A stretch of DNA of 64,000 bases from Blepharisma stoltei ATCC 30299 (Eukaryota; Protista; Ciliophora): the NCBI GenBank assembly GCA_965603825.1, contig CBFDEM010000016.1:310001-374000 (forward strand), given 5' to 3'. Position 1 is the first letter of the stretch; every line of letters starts with the position of its first letter. The position numbers were made by a program, and so were the translations under genes. Shown one piece after another: positions 23,683 to 34,850 of this stretch. Below the pieces are notes generated by a model. It was given only the letters and a program-made list of their open reading frames with translations. It had not been told where the DNA came from and ran no database searches.

Positions 23683-25071
23683 CTAGCTATTATTTAACTT
23701 TGATTGATTAGCAAAAACTCTAATATTTTGCTTCGAGCCAATCGTAAAAATTACATGCTTAATTTCGGTTGATTCATTTGAAATTCCTTTTTGTACCATA
23801 TTCACTATCTTAATTGGAGCAAAAACTGCATATTCAGGGCACTTCTTTTTCCTAGGACAAAAGCTTTCATGGGAGTTATTTTTTCCAGGAGAATCGCATG
23901 ATCTATTAGTATTTCATATAAAGATTCTCCCTTTTTCAGACCCACAAAGAAGATGCTCTCCGTCTTCTGATAAACTTGATCTAATAGGAAATTTGATATT
24001 TTCAGTGCCTTTGTATTTTTGCAGTAATAAGTTATCTTTATATCTATATAGCCGAATATTTGAATCATTGGTAGTCACACACAGATGTTCCTCATCCATA
24101 AATTCTAGTCCTGTAACTCTTTTTCCACCCGATAGAAGTCCTCTTCGATTTCTACATATTAAGGTAGTTCCTAGTCTTAGCTTGTGGTCAGATCTTCCTT
24201 GATATAGAACAACCTGCCCTTTATCAATACCAACTGCTAAGAATTCACCTGACGGTGAATAACAAATTGAAGTAATTTCTCCTGGAGCTTGGTAAAACCC
24301 TTCTATTATTTTATCTGGAAACCTAAATAGCCGAATAATTAAATCTCCAGAAGCAGTGACAAAATAATTTGAATCAATAGGGTTAAATGTGACTGCACTC
24401 ACTTCGCATGGAAGTTGAATCGTATCAATTGAGCTGTCTTGACTTGAAGATCACAATTTTACTGTTCCATCTGCAGAAGAAGACAATAGATTGTTTTGTC
24501 GGCTTCAGCTAATATCGGTGACTGGGCCATTATGCTCATTCAATATGTGTGAGGGGACGCTAGAAATAGCACCTCCAGCTGAAAGATTTACATCGAAAAT
24601 TATAATTCTCCCATTGCTTCCACCAACAGTGAGTTTTCGGGAATCATAGCTGAATTTTAATATGCAAATCACATTATTTTCTCTGTGAGGAAGTTCAATC
24701 TCTTGTAAAAGTTGCAAATTATTGAATTCATTAAATTCTTTTTTTGTGATCTACATGATCAATACTTTATAGTCGCCATTGTGCTCGAGCAAAACTACAG
24801 GCTGATCTTTCGGTTTTTCTATCTCAAAGTCATGTACTGATTTATTTTCTACTGGCATTGCATGAGCACGAGGTAGAGGAGGGACTGCTTCGGTGTACGA
24901 TCTCGCTATATGAGTTGGGCTATTTTCAAATGAACTAGTTTGGAAATCAGTTTTTATTGAAACCGCCTCTGCTTTATATTGAACTGTGCAGGATCTTTGA
25001 TATAAATCTATCTGGTCTTCTGTTTCGCAGGCATCAAAAAACTCATCTCCGCTGCTGCTATTCGGCTCCAT
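23683..25071 (-). CDS. WDR44: WD40 protein, WDR44/Rabphilin-11-like, with N-terminal FFAT motif (457 aa); 2 exons
   Basis: DEFFDACE FFAT-like motif, VTTNDSNIRLY..KYKG, CGSEKGRIFI[W]. Intron 24751-24765 and TGA=W joins. Confidence 0.85.
24751..24765 (-). other. 15-nt spliceosomal intron
   Basis: gtattgatcatgtag. Confidence 0.88.
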
Positions 25072-25108
25072 TTTAGATTAATAAAGGATATTCAATTATA
25101 TAATCCAA

Positions 25109-26062
25109 TTACCAGTCAATAAAAGGATCATCTGAAGCTCTTACTGGTGGTGACATTGTTCCTGAATCTGGATAATGCGAAAAGTTTGATGTATCATCAG
25201 GCGCTCTGACTATTGGCCTATAGGGCATGCCTATTTGCTTTTGCAGTAGTCTTACCCAATCCAGCCCCGCATTTCATCTATGGTTCTTTATATCGCCAAC
25301 CCCATTTTTAAGATTTCCATATCGCTTGGTTAAATCTGCGACTAGTAGATGCTTAACTAGACTTTTGGCGTTTTTATCAAAATTTCGAGGAAACTTTACT
25401 TTTCCTTTGAGGATTTTTTGATAAATTGCCATGGGGTCTTCATCACTGAAGGGATCAATCCCTGCCATCATCTCATAAACAATAATTCCCAAGGTCCACC
25501 AATCAACCGGTTTTCCATGTCCTTTATTAAGTAGAATTTCTGGGGCTAGGTATTCTGGAGTCCCACAAAGAGTGTAAGTTCGGCCTTCTACTGTTTTTGC
25601 AAAGCCGAAATCTGTAAGTTTTAAGTAGCCATCATAAGCTATTAGTAAATTTTCTGGCTTTAAGTCTCTATAAACGATATTTAGTGAATGCATATATTCA
25701 AACATCAGTGTAATTTGGGCAGCGTAGAGACGACAATGATCGTTTTCCAGCTTTCCGACATTGCGGAGATAACTGAAAAGCTCTCCACCTGGAACATAGT
25801 CAAGTGCTAAGTAGAGATAGCGGTCATCTTGAGTGTAACCAATTAGGTTCACCAAGAAAGGGTGGCGTATTATACGAAGTATAGAAAATTCTGAAATCAC
25901 GTGGTCGACTTGCTTCATTCTAAGAATCTCGTATTTTTTTAGTATCTTTAGAGCAATGTACTCTCCTGAGGTTTTCATACGAGCTAGCCGAACTCTTCCA
26001 AATGATCCTGTACCAAGTGTTTGAAGGACTTCCAAATCTGATAGATTTATTCTTCTCTCCAT
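25109..26062 (-). CDS. PKAc: cAMP-dependent protein kinase catalytic subunit (317 aa)
   Basis: GTGSFGRV, YRDLKPEN, DFGFAK, RTYTLCGTPEYLAPE. AGC tail beyond TGA 25274 ends DPFIDW*. Confidence 0.96.
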
Positions 26063-26243
26063 TTATTAATAATTTTCTATTTAGCACTGAACAATGCCTA
26101 TATTCAATTTATAGAAATTTCTTTATAGTTATTATCAGGTCAGCTTTCTATATAGATTTTATGATTTATTCTTTATTGTTTATTTATATGCTAATAATTT
26201 ACTCTTTAAGTATTTGTATATAAATTAAAGAGGATTAGATACA

Positions 26244-27143
26244 CTAGGCTGAGGCTCGCTTTACTCTAACATCATCTTTCGATAAGAAAATTGTGTTTGG
26301 AGAGTTGCACTGCAGAATCTCCCAGCTTCCTGCATCAAAAGTTTTCCAGCTGCTTCCAAATCCTGAGTACCATTTCTGCGCATTAGGGTCATATAGCCAA
26401 TCTCTTTTATATAACTCTTCTGCTGACAAGGCTTGCAGCATTTCTCCTGGCATGTTATAGAAAATATAAAAAAGCGTTTTTATTTCAAAGATCCCAAACA
26501 TTTTCATCCTCAGTATTGGCTTGCTTATATAATAGCACGACGGCAGCGAAAATTCTGGCTGCTCTGTTGCTTCAAGGTCTCCATCTTGAAAAACGCTTGG
26601 TAATACTGAAGACAGCGTTTCTGAGGATTTCATATTCAGTCCAAGTTTCGTCAGGTCCCTTCCTCTCGCAAGCATATGCAAGTCACTTGTAGTATCTTTT
26701 TGTAAAGATAAAATTCCTCTTACCCCATATACGATTTCCTCACTGTCAGGAGCTGGCTGTGGCGGAGTTATTACAGCAGGAGGTGGGCTTGGCGCAACAC
26801 TCAGAGGCACAAAACTGACTGCGTTGGGGTTTGGTGCTTTCAGTGTTTTGGGCTGCACTTGAGATTGCGAAAATCCTGGAGGATAAAATTCTTCTGCCTG
26901 AAAATTTGGTAATTTTGGCTGGGATAATTTTGGAAATTCTTCTTCTGATCTATAAAAGTTGGGCACAAACTCATTAGCTGACAAATAAAAATTTGATGGT
27001 GGAGGTCTGTAGACTTGAGGGTTGTAAAATTCAGCAGAAGGATTCAAATGTTTCGCATATCCATCAGGATCATAGCCTGGAGGTTTATTGAGGTTTTCAT
27101 CTCTTAAGTTAGGATAAAACCCGAGGTTTCGATTTGGATGCAT
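26244..27143 (-). CDS. CNOT2: CCR4-NOT subunit NOT2-like, with N-terminal PAM2-like motifs (299 aa)
   Basis: YGVRGIL..LARGRDLTKLGLN, PEFSLPSCY and TLFYIFYNMP..QALSAEELYKRDW (NOT box). Confidence 0.88.
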   Translation of the reverse strand: MHPNRNLGFYPNLRDENLNKPPGYDPDGYAKHLNPSAEFYNPQVYRPPPSNFYLSANEFVPNFYRSEEEFPKLSQPKLPNFQAEEFYPPGFSQSQVQPKTLKAPNPNAVSFVPLSVAPSPPPAVITPPQPAPDSEEIVYGVRGILSLQKDTTSDLHMLARGRDLTKLGLNMKSSETLSSVLPSVFQDGDLEATEQPEFSLPSCYYISKPILRMKMFGIFEIKTLFYIFYNMPGEMLQALSAEELYKRDWLYDPNAQKWYSGFGSSWKTFDAGSWEILQCNSPNTIFLSKDDVRVKRASA

Positions 27144-27995
27144 TTCTTATTAATGAATATCCATTTTAAAAGGTACCTCTATTAATATATCACTGCTATT
27201 GCTAATCACACAAGTCGATGCATATTACCATCATCAAGATGAGATTAATATCGTCTGTGTCAATCCCAAGCTAAATATTGTGTGAGTTATCGTAAAAAAA
27301 TTATTTAATAATTAGCTAATCTTTTCATTTTAGAATGAGCTTGAATGAGCATATCTAGCTTGATCAAAATACAAGAATTCTCTCAATCTTATAATCATAT
27401 GAGCAGAGCTATGATGGTGACTATAGCACCAATTGAGGAAAGAAGCCAATCGCAGCCTTTATAGCAAATGGATCTGCAAATTTAGGCTCTTGCAAAAAGA
27501 GTATGTGAGATGAGGCGAAGCTTAGCTTTGCCTGGGTTAGATAAAGTGTATTTGCAATAGTCGAGTTTTTTAATATGGATATTCTTCAGTAGATATCTCA
27601 ATAGAACTTTAGGTGTTTTATATGGGCCTAGCAAGAGTTTTTGATGAAGTGATTCTTCTATGAGTGAAAATATCAGTGGTTCTTTTGGTGCTAAGATAGA
27701 TCCTTAACCAAAACATAAAGACATAATATTATCGCCGATTTTAGATTTAGTTTTAAAGAATAAATATATAAGTAATTAATTATCACTTATAAGAAAATTG
27801 TATTTATGCACTTGATAATTAGCTTATGTTGTATATGCAGAAGTTTCGCTTTAAAACATTCAAAACATTTTTTGAATTTGAATTTAGCAAAGTTATTACC
27901 AGAAAAAATCTAATTAGAAAAAAATTGTCATCTATATTAAAAGCTTGAGATATAGGGAAAACCCCTATATTTATGATTTATCAAGGTTTATAAAG

Positions 27996-29873
27996 ATGGG
28001 TTGTGGGGACAGTAAAAGGAGTATCCTTGCGGGACTAAATTCACAAACTGACTATATTAAAGGTCTAAACCAGAAATTGCAGCAGGAAATTGATCTAGTT
28101 AAAAGAGACTATGAAAAAAAAGAAGCTGAGGAGCTTCTTATCATAAAAAATTTCAATGATGAAAACCAATCATTATGCGAAAAAAAATCACGCCTTGAAA
28201 TACAGTTGAGGAATCTTGACCCAAAAGCTGACGAAGTAAGAACTAAGCTTCATAGTTTAGAAGCTGAGTTTAAGCTCACCAAAAAAGAAATAAAACAATT
28301 AGCAAAAGAACTAAAATCTGCAGAATATGAAAAAAATTCTATTGAGAACAGCTATAATAGCATAAGTCAAGAAGTAAATAATTTATTGCAAGCAGAGCAT
28401 GAATTAGAAGAAAAAATTGAAAATTTAGGGAACTCTGAGCATCAGATCTTGGAATTGGATAATGATGGCGAAAGGCTTGAACAAGAATTAAAGGAAAAGG
28501 AGAAAACAATCCAAGATTTAGAGGAAAGCATCAAGAGAAAGCAAGCAGAAAATAGAGAAAAAGATGATCTAAAAAAGCAGATTGAAGAGATTTTAGGAAA
28601 TACTAAAAATACTCTGATGGAGCTTCAAGGAGTAAAAGATGAAATTCATGAAATTGAAGAAATCCAAAGAGAAGCTGACGAAAAGCTCGATGAAAACCAA
28701 AAATTGGAGCAAGATATTCAATCTGCTGAAATCACACAAGAAGAAATTGCTGCAGAGCTTGAATTAGACAAAGAAATTGAGAAATTGACCAATTCGATTA
28801 ATGAAGCAACTGAAACTAACGAAAAGAGAAATAATTTATCTGATAAATTGCAAGAAGTTTTGTCAACACAGAATGCATATAATGCCACAAAAACTGGTCT
28901 GGAAAATGAAATAAATGGAATCCAAGAAGAGATTGAGAGGCTAAAGCGTGAAAAAGAAGAAGCGCTAAATGAAAAATTAAACCAGGGTATTAATGAATTG
29001 AACAGTAGAATAACAGAAAACAACGATAATTACGAAAAAGAGCTTCAAGGGCTGCAAGCCGAGATTGAAGAGCTAGAGAAGAAAAGGCAGCATAGGCTTG
29101 ATAAAAGAGATAAAGAACAAAAAGAAGTCGAAGAATTAAGGCAAGAACTTGAAGCAATTCTAAACAGCCCAGTAATTGAAGAAAAAGCAGAAGAAACCAA
29201 AGAGCCACAAGTTGATCCTGAACCAACTAAAGTTGATCCTGAACCAACTAAAGTTGATCCTGAACCGACTAAAGTTGAGCCTGAGGTTCCGGAACCTCAG
29301 ACAATAGTTGAAATGCCTCCACAAGCAGTTCGATATGAAATTCCCGTTAAGCTTCGGCATGCAACAACTGGATGGGCTCTTCATTCACATTCCATTAATT
29401 ATCAAGGAGGCTCTCGCCAACAAGAAGTCACATGCTATGAAGGCCGAGATGAGAACGACTGATGGGTTATAAGAGCTATTCCACCCAAAAAGGGAGAAAA
29501 AGTTAAGGGAGGCAGATTTCGAGTCGGCGCTGAGATTCCAAATGGCACAACTTTTACTCTCATGCATCTAACCACAAAGAAAAACCTCCACTCTAATTCA
29601 GGGGTTCAGTCTCCTGCAACTTCCCAACAAGAAGTTACTTGCTTTGGGGAATTTGGAGTTGGCGATAAGAAAGACATTTGGAAGCTTGAAATTCCTGGTG
29701 GGGAGAGTAAAGAGCCTTGGATGTCCAATATGAGGGTAAAATTAATACATGTAGCAACAAATTTCGCGCTGCATTCTCATGGAGGACACCAGACACATTC
29801 TTGGCAACAAGAAGTGACTTGCTATGAGGGAAGGGATGATAATGATCTATGGACGATCGAAAGAATAGCATAG
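27996..29873 (+). CDS. N-acylated coiled-coil protein with C-terminal SDF2-like MIR domains (625 aa)
   Basis: MGCGDS start, about 390-aa coiled coil, three MIR repeats (LHSH...QQEVTC...D[W]W). TGA=W at 29460. Confidence 0.88.
29211..29285 (+). repeat. 21-nt coding tandem repeat (VDPEPTK x3.5)
   Basis: gttgatcctgaaccaactaaa repeated. Confidence 0.95.
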
Positions 29874-30375
29874 AATTAAATTAAACTTTATATGGACCAA
29901 TATTTTTTTTATTTATTTTTGTATTTGTAATAGCAGATATATTAATTCTGGCCTAAAGAAAATAAAATATTGCCACATAATGGAGATATCTGAATTATAA
30001 ACTTGCTATATATGGTTTTAGGTCAAATTTATTTTGACTCCTTATCACTTAGATATCAATTTAAATCCATTTGTTTTTTAAGAATTATTGAAAACCTAAT
30101 TTATTCTTAAAAGGTGCAGATAGAACCATTTTTTCTCTTTTAATATTAATGATTACTCTTAAGGCTAACAAATTAGCTGAAGGATGACAGATTTTAGAGA
30201 AAAATTAAAAAAAAATTACTTTAATATTATGGCTTCCTTTTTTCAGACAAAAGTCTGATACATGGAAAAATCGTTATAGTATACTCCTAGCAATAAAAAT
30301 ATAATAAGCATCTAAATTATTCTTATAAAATATAGAGTTTATAGTGCCATCTTTTTAAGCATTAAACAATTTTCT

Positions 30376-30813
30376 CTATCTTAAGATTTGCCAATTGCAG
30401 TTTGGGCACTTTTTTTTACTAGACGAGATTATTCATTCATCAATGCATCCGACATGAAAAATGTGTTTGCATTTTGTCAATCTTAGGACTTCTCCTTGTT
30501 TAAAATCTACCAGACAAATTGTGCAAGCAGGCTCTCCTTTGAATTTTTTCTTTATTGGGTAAAACAGCATTGGCATCTTTTTATTTAGCATGGTTTCTGT
30601 GATTTCTGAAGTTATTTGATTTGGTCCAGAAATATTACTGGAAATTGGACCGGCAGAATTAGCAGTGAATTGCCTGGAAAGTCTTTTCAACCTTGAAAAA
30701 TACCTTCTGCAATAAATATATATGGCCAAAAAGCTAAATAAAGCTTACACAAAGAAAAAGAGGCCTACTATCAAGCAACCGGCGATAATTAGGCTGTCTT
30801 GGTTATCTGTCAT
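30376..30813 (-). CDS. ATL-like TM + RING-H2 protein (140 aa); 2 exons
   Basis: N-terminal TM, intron 30734-30748, RING CTIC..CKHIFHVGCIDE[W]..KCPNC. Confidence 0.85.
30734..30748 (-). other. 15-nt spliceosomal intron
   Basis: gtaagctttatttag. Confidence 0.85.
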
Positions 30814-31106
30814 ATCCCTTTTTAATTACTTCATTCATCATGCATTTTAAAAATAATTATTTTGGAGAAATTCTTACTAAAATTAAAAGTATCAAAGAGA
30901 ATTTATATTAATGAAATTCATTAAAATTAAGTATTAATATAAAGTATTTTACATAAAAATCAAAATATATTTATAAATTGTCTCTCTCTTATGTATATTT
31001 AACCTAATAGTTTGGATCTACTCAGCATATTTATATTCCAGATTTTCTTGAAAAATAAATTAATTAAACTGATTAATATAAATAAACAATATCTTGACTG
31101 TATGAA

Positions 31107-31697
31107 TTATTGCTCAATAATGATAAAATTGCAATTAGGGCATTTTGCACGATGGCAGGTCAATAATCACGCATCTAAGCATGCTACATGATAAATATGT
31201 TTACAAACCGTCACCCTAATAGCTTCCCCCGTTTTAAAATCTGCCAAGCACACACTGCAAACAGACTGCCCTTTAAACTCTACTGAGTCCCCATAATATT
31301 CTACTTGCACATGATTATTAATCATACTTTGCGTTAATAACACTTCAGAATCTGACGAATGAGACCGTGGATTTCCATTTTCATTTGCCCAATTATTCTC
31401 CCATTCATTGCGATATTTTTTGATTCTCGCTATCATTTTCCAGCAACAACAGCAGCAGCACAAAAATCTAAATAGATTTTACATAACGACCCCTGTGGCG
31501 AGTGCCAAAATCCCTCCAATCCAGCCATTTGAACTGTCATTATCACTTGAACTTTTAGTGCAATTAGATCAATACTGGCAAGATTCAGGAAAGCATGAAG
31601 GGTCACAGTCTACTCCACTAACAGAACCAGTCGAGCAATTACATTCAGAAGCAGTTGCACATACAGCCAAAAGTCATATCAAAAAAAGCTTTTTCAT
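31107..31697 (-). CDS. Signal peptide + Cys-rich ectodomain + TM + RING-H2 protein (191 aa); 2 exons
   Basis: MKKLFLI[W]LLAV.., intron 31468-31482, juxtamembrane poly-Cys, RING CSVC..CKHIYHVACLDA[W]..KCPNC. Confidence 0.87.
31468..31482 (-). other. 15-nt spliceosomal intron
   Basis: gtaaaatctatttag. Confidence 0.85.
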
Positions 31698-31839
31698 TTT
31701 AAAACAGCTTGATCACGTCAATATATTTATTTAATAGCTAAGCTATTTTGTATTTTATGAGTTAAAATGATTATAGCATATTAAAATTAAGATTTTTCAC
31801 AATATCTTGCTCATCTTTAGAAGCGATTAAGTTAGAAGA

Positions 31840-32304
31840 TTAAAAGTCTGCCCTGCGGGCAATACGATTGCACTCTTCTAAAACTCGATTTCTTTCAGCT
31901 CCAAGCTCAAACTCTGTCCCAACATTGAGCATTTCAAAAAAGCGCCTGTTGTGCTGATTAAACCTCTTCCCAATTTGCCAATAATAAACTACAGGCCAAG
32001 TCAAAAACAAAGGATAAAAAACAAGTCTTTTGCGGTTGAAGCTGACTGCAAGTTGAAGGAGATTCCCTACAAACATGCCATCAAAAAAGGACCTTAAAAC
32101 TACGGCAAATCTGTATTCTCTTTTGACGATATAAGCCCAATCTCTTTCAGCATCAGTTTTATAGGTGTCTAAGTTCTTGTTTAGTGCCCAGTCTTCGATA
32201 AATTTCATACGCAAGTTGTCGCAAACGTGGTCAGCGTCTCTTTGAGCATCAGGAGCTAGTTCAGTCTTCTCCTTATAGAAGTATTCTTCATCCATAACAC
32301 CCAT
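31840..32304 (-). CDS. Small two-TM protein of unknown function (154 aa), possibly mitochondrial
   Basis: Clean ORF with two hydrophobic segments. The mitochondrial suggestion is a guess. Confidence 0.8.
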   Translation of the reverse strand: MGVMDEEYFYKEKTELAPDAQRDADHVCDNLRMKFIEDWALNKNLDTYKTDAERDWAYIVKREYRFAVVLRSFFDGMFVGNLLQLAVSFNRKRLVFYPLFLTWPVVYYWQIGKRFNQHNRRFFEMLNVGTEFELGAERNRVLEECNRIARRADF

Positions 32305-32498
32305 GATATTAAATGGTAGGAATTTATTTATTTGCTTTTAAACCAAACTCTTTCTATTAAGATCCACCGAAGATATTCATTACCAAACTAATCAATTTTG
32401 GCTCAAATTAAGAAAAATGCTTAGATATGGATACTATAAATTTCTTCATAATCGAAAAGCAGCAAAATATTGATTAGTTTGATTATCAGTCATAATTA

Positions 32499-34259
32499 TT
32501 ATGTTCTTAAAATTGATATTGCATGAGGAATCACTTGTGAAAGAATTTCAAAGCCTTCTTTGACTGCTTTCAAGCTTCCAGGCAAGTTTATAATCAAGCT
32601 CCTCCCTTTTATTCCTGCAACTCCTCTTGAAAGTGACGCCAGCGGTGTTTTAGCAAGCCCTTCTACAATCAGCTGTGTCGAAATTCCAGGTGCTTCTCTT
32701 TCAATAACCATTTTCGTCGCTTCAGGGGTGACATCTCTTTCAGAAAATCCAGTCCCTCCAGTTGTAAAAATTAATTCGAATCCTTCATTGCATCATTCTA
32801 ATAATGCGTCTCTTATTCTCTCTATTTCATCAGGGACAATCTGATAAAATGTGCAGCATCCATTAAACAGTTCCTTTGATTTTTCAATTAAATGTGGCTA
32901 AATAAAAATTACTCCACTGGTATCTGTAGCTACTCCTTCAGAAACCCTATCACTTATAGTTAAAATCCCTATTTTTACACTGTCATTTCTCGGAGCAAAA
33001 TGTGGACACTCATGATGCTGTGTTGAAATGCGAGCAGCTTTCATTTCAGGCTGGATATTGGAGAAGGGCTTAACTAAAATAGCTTGGACTTTGCCTGAAA
33101 TAGATGAAAGTGATGGCGAAGATTTGGGCAGCATCAATAAAGCATTTGCTTTAGATGCGCTTAAAAGTCTGGAAGAGGCTTGGGACCCAGTTGTGACAGC
33201 TTTGAATTCTGAGCCATCCCAAGCGACAATTACTCTATGATATTCTGGCCTGCTGTCAAGCTTTATTTCTTGTGATCCCAAATTGACTGTGATGATAGGA
33301 AACTCTGGCTTGGAAGAAATTAGATCAATTGCGTATCTTACTAGCAAGTAGAAGCAAACAAAGCATGAGACAGGATTTCCAGGAAGGGCAAAGGCCAAGG
33401 CATTATTAAGTTTTGCAAATGTTGTGGGTTTCCCAGGCTTCATATTCAATCTGCCAAAAAATACTTGTCCTTCTTGTTCAAGGATTGGCTTAACGAAATC
33501 TCGATCGCCCATGCTTACACCTCCGCTTGTGATAATAATTTCGCATTCCTCGCTCATAGTAATCAAAGTGTTTTTTACTAAATCCAGGTCATCTTTTACA
33601 ATTCCATAATTTTTTACTTCACATCCAGCTTCTTGGCACAGCATATTAATCATGATACTGTTGCTATCAATAATTTCTCCATATTTCGTTTCTTCGCCTA
33701 AGGTTTTGAGCTCATTGCCAGTTGACAAAATACCTATTTTAATTTTTGCTATAGCAGATATTTCTCTTACATTTAAAGACGCTAGTAGCGCAATTTCTGC
33801 AGCACCTAAAACATTGTTCTTCGAAATAACGATTTGTCCTTCTTCTATGTCACTTCCTATTTCTCTAATTCATTGGCCAAGTTTGGCTTGTGGAACAGTT
33901 AAAGTGTCGTTTTCAATCTTGACTTCTTCTATGGGGATAACGGCATCTGCACCTTTAGGGAGCGGTGCTCCCGTCGTAATATATTTAGCATGTCCGGTTT
34001 CTAATTCATTTGAAGCCTCCCCTGCTCTTATAGATCCATCTATCTGCAAATTTCCAGGACAATCCTGCACTTTCACTGCATACCCATCCATTGTGCTTGC
34101 TCTGAACTCTGGAAAAGGTTTCTTTGCAACTATATCTTCAGCTAGCACCCTATTTAGTCCTTGAATCAACTCAATTCTTTCGATTTTCTTATTTTCGCAC
34201 TGCGATTTCACAATATTTCTCGCTTCTTCGACCTCAATCATTGGATACTTGCTGAACAT
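32499..34259 (-). CDS. CNX1: Molybdenum insertase Cnx1-type MoeA(E)-MogA(G) fusion (581 aa); 2 exons
   Basis: FRASTMDGYA, TTGAPLP, STGNEL, TSGGVSMG, MKPGKP and LPGNPVS. After intron 32898-32912: DTSG|PHL, TTGGTGFSERDVTPEAT and NLPGS. Confidence 0.95.
32898..32912 (-). other. 15-nt spliceosomal intron
   Basis: gtaatttttatttag; restores the MogA DxSGP motif. Confidence 0.92.
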
Positions 34260-34357
34260 TTTATTTAATTTATAAAAAATGCACTTTTACTCAATTTCAT
34301 GCATTTTTCACTTGGCTAATTATGCGGAATCTTGAATTTTCGTGACCATAATAATAA

Positions 34358-34813
34358 ATGGCAGCCGAGCAATATAAAGATTATTGGAAGGGATATACGG
34401 ATGGGCACAAGGGTGCAGCTCACGCAAAAAACCAGCCTTGGTATTTATATAGAAATTTCAGAGGCCCAGTGCAAACAGTTGTACCAGAGCCTAAGAGACA
34501 ACCCCAAGTTTACAATCGTTGGACTAATGATGCTCGCACCAAGGCAGCCTTAAGATGGTGTGGCAAATGGCTTTTCGCTACTAGAAAGCAGCGTCTATTT
34601 ATGGTGATTCTTGCCGCTTTTACTGTTGAAAAGGTAGATACTTGGATCCTTCATTCAATAACAAGATACAACAACTTGGAATGCACAATGGAATATGCAT
34701 ATAAGAAAGAAAGAGAATGGAAAGAGCACCTTGAAGCTGAAAAGGCTAGAAGAAGAGCCTTAGGCCTTCCTGAAGATGGTGAGGAAGAAGAAGTTGAGGA
34801 ATCAGAAGAATAG
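34358..34813 (+). CDS. Single-TM protein, possibly a QCR9-like complex III subunit (151 aa)
   Basis: Clean ORF. LF..RKQRLFMVILAAFTVEKVD..I..YNN loosely matches the QCR9 pattern; product tentative. Confidence 0.75.
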   Translation: MAAEQYKDYWKGYTDGHKGAAHAKNQPWYLYRNFRGPVQTVVPEPKRQPQVYNRWTNDARTKAALRWCGKWLFATRKQRLFMVILAAFTVEKVDTWILHSITRYNNLECTMEYAYKKEREWKEHLEAEKARRRALGLPEDGEEEEVEESEE

Positions 34814-34850
34814 ATAACTTAATCTATTAGGGATATTCTATTTAAATAAT

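Noticed and set aside
27180-27724. Coding-like minus-strand stretch upstream of NOT2
   Set aside because: The frames I traced are broken by TAA/TAG and no canonical intron rescues them. Possibly a pseudogene, but the parent is unidentifiable.
29211-29285. Direct repeats as a CRISPR-like array
   Set aside because: Contiguous in-frame coding repeats with no spacers, in a eukaryotic gene.
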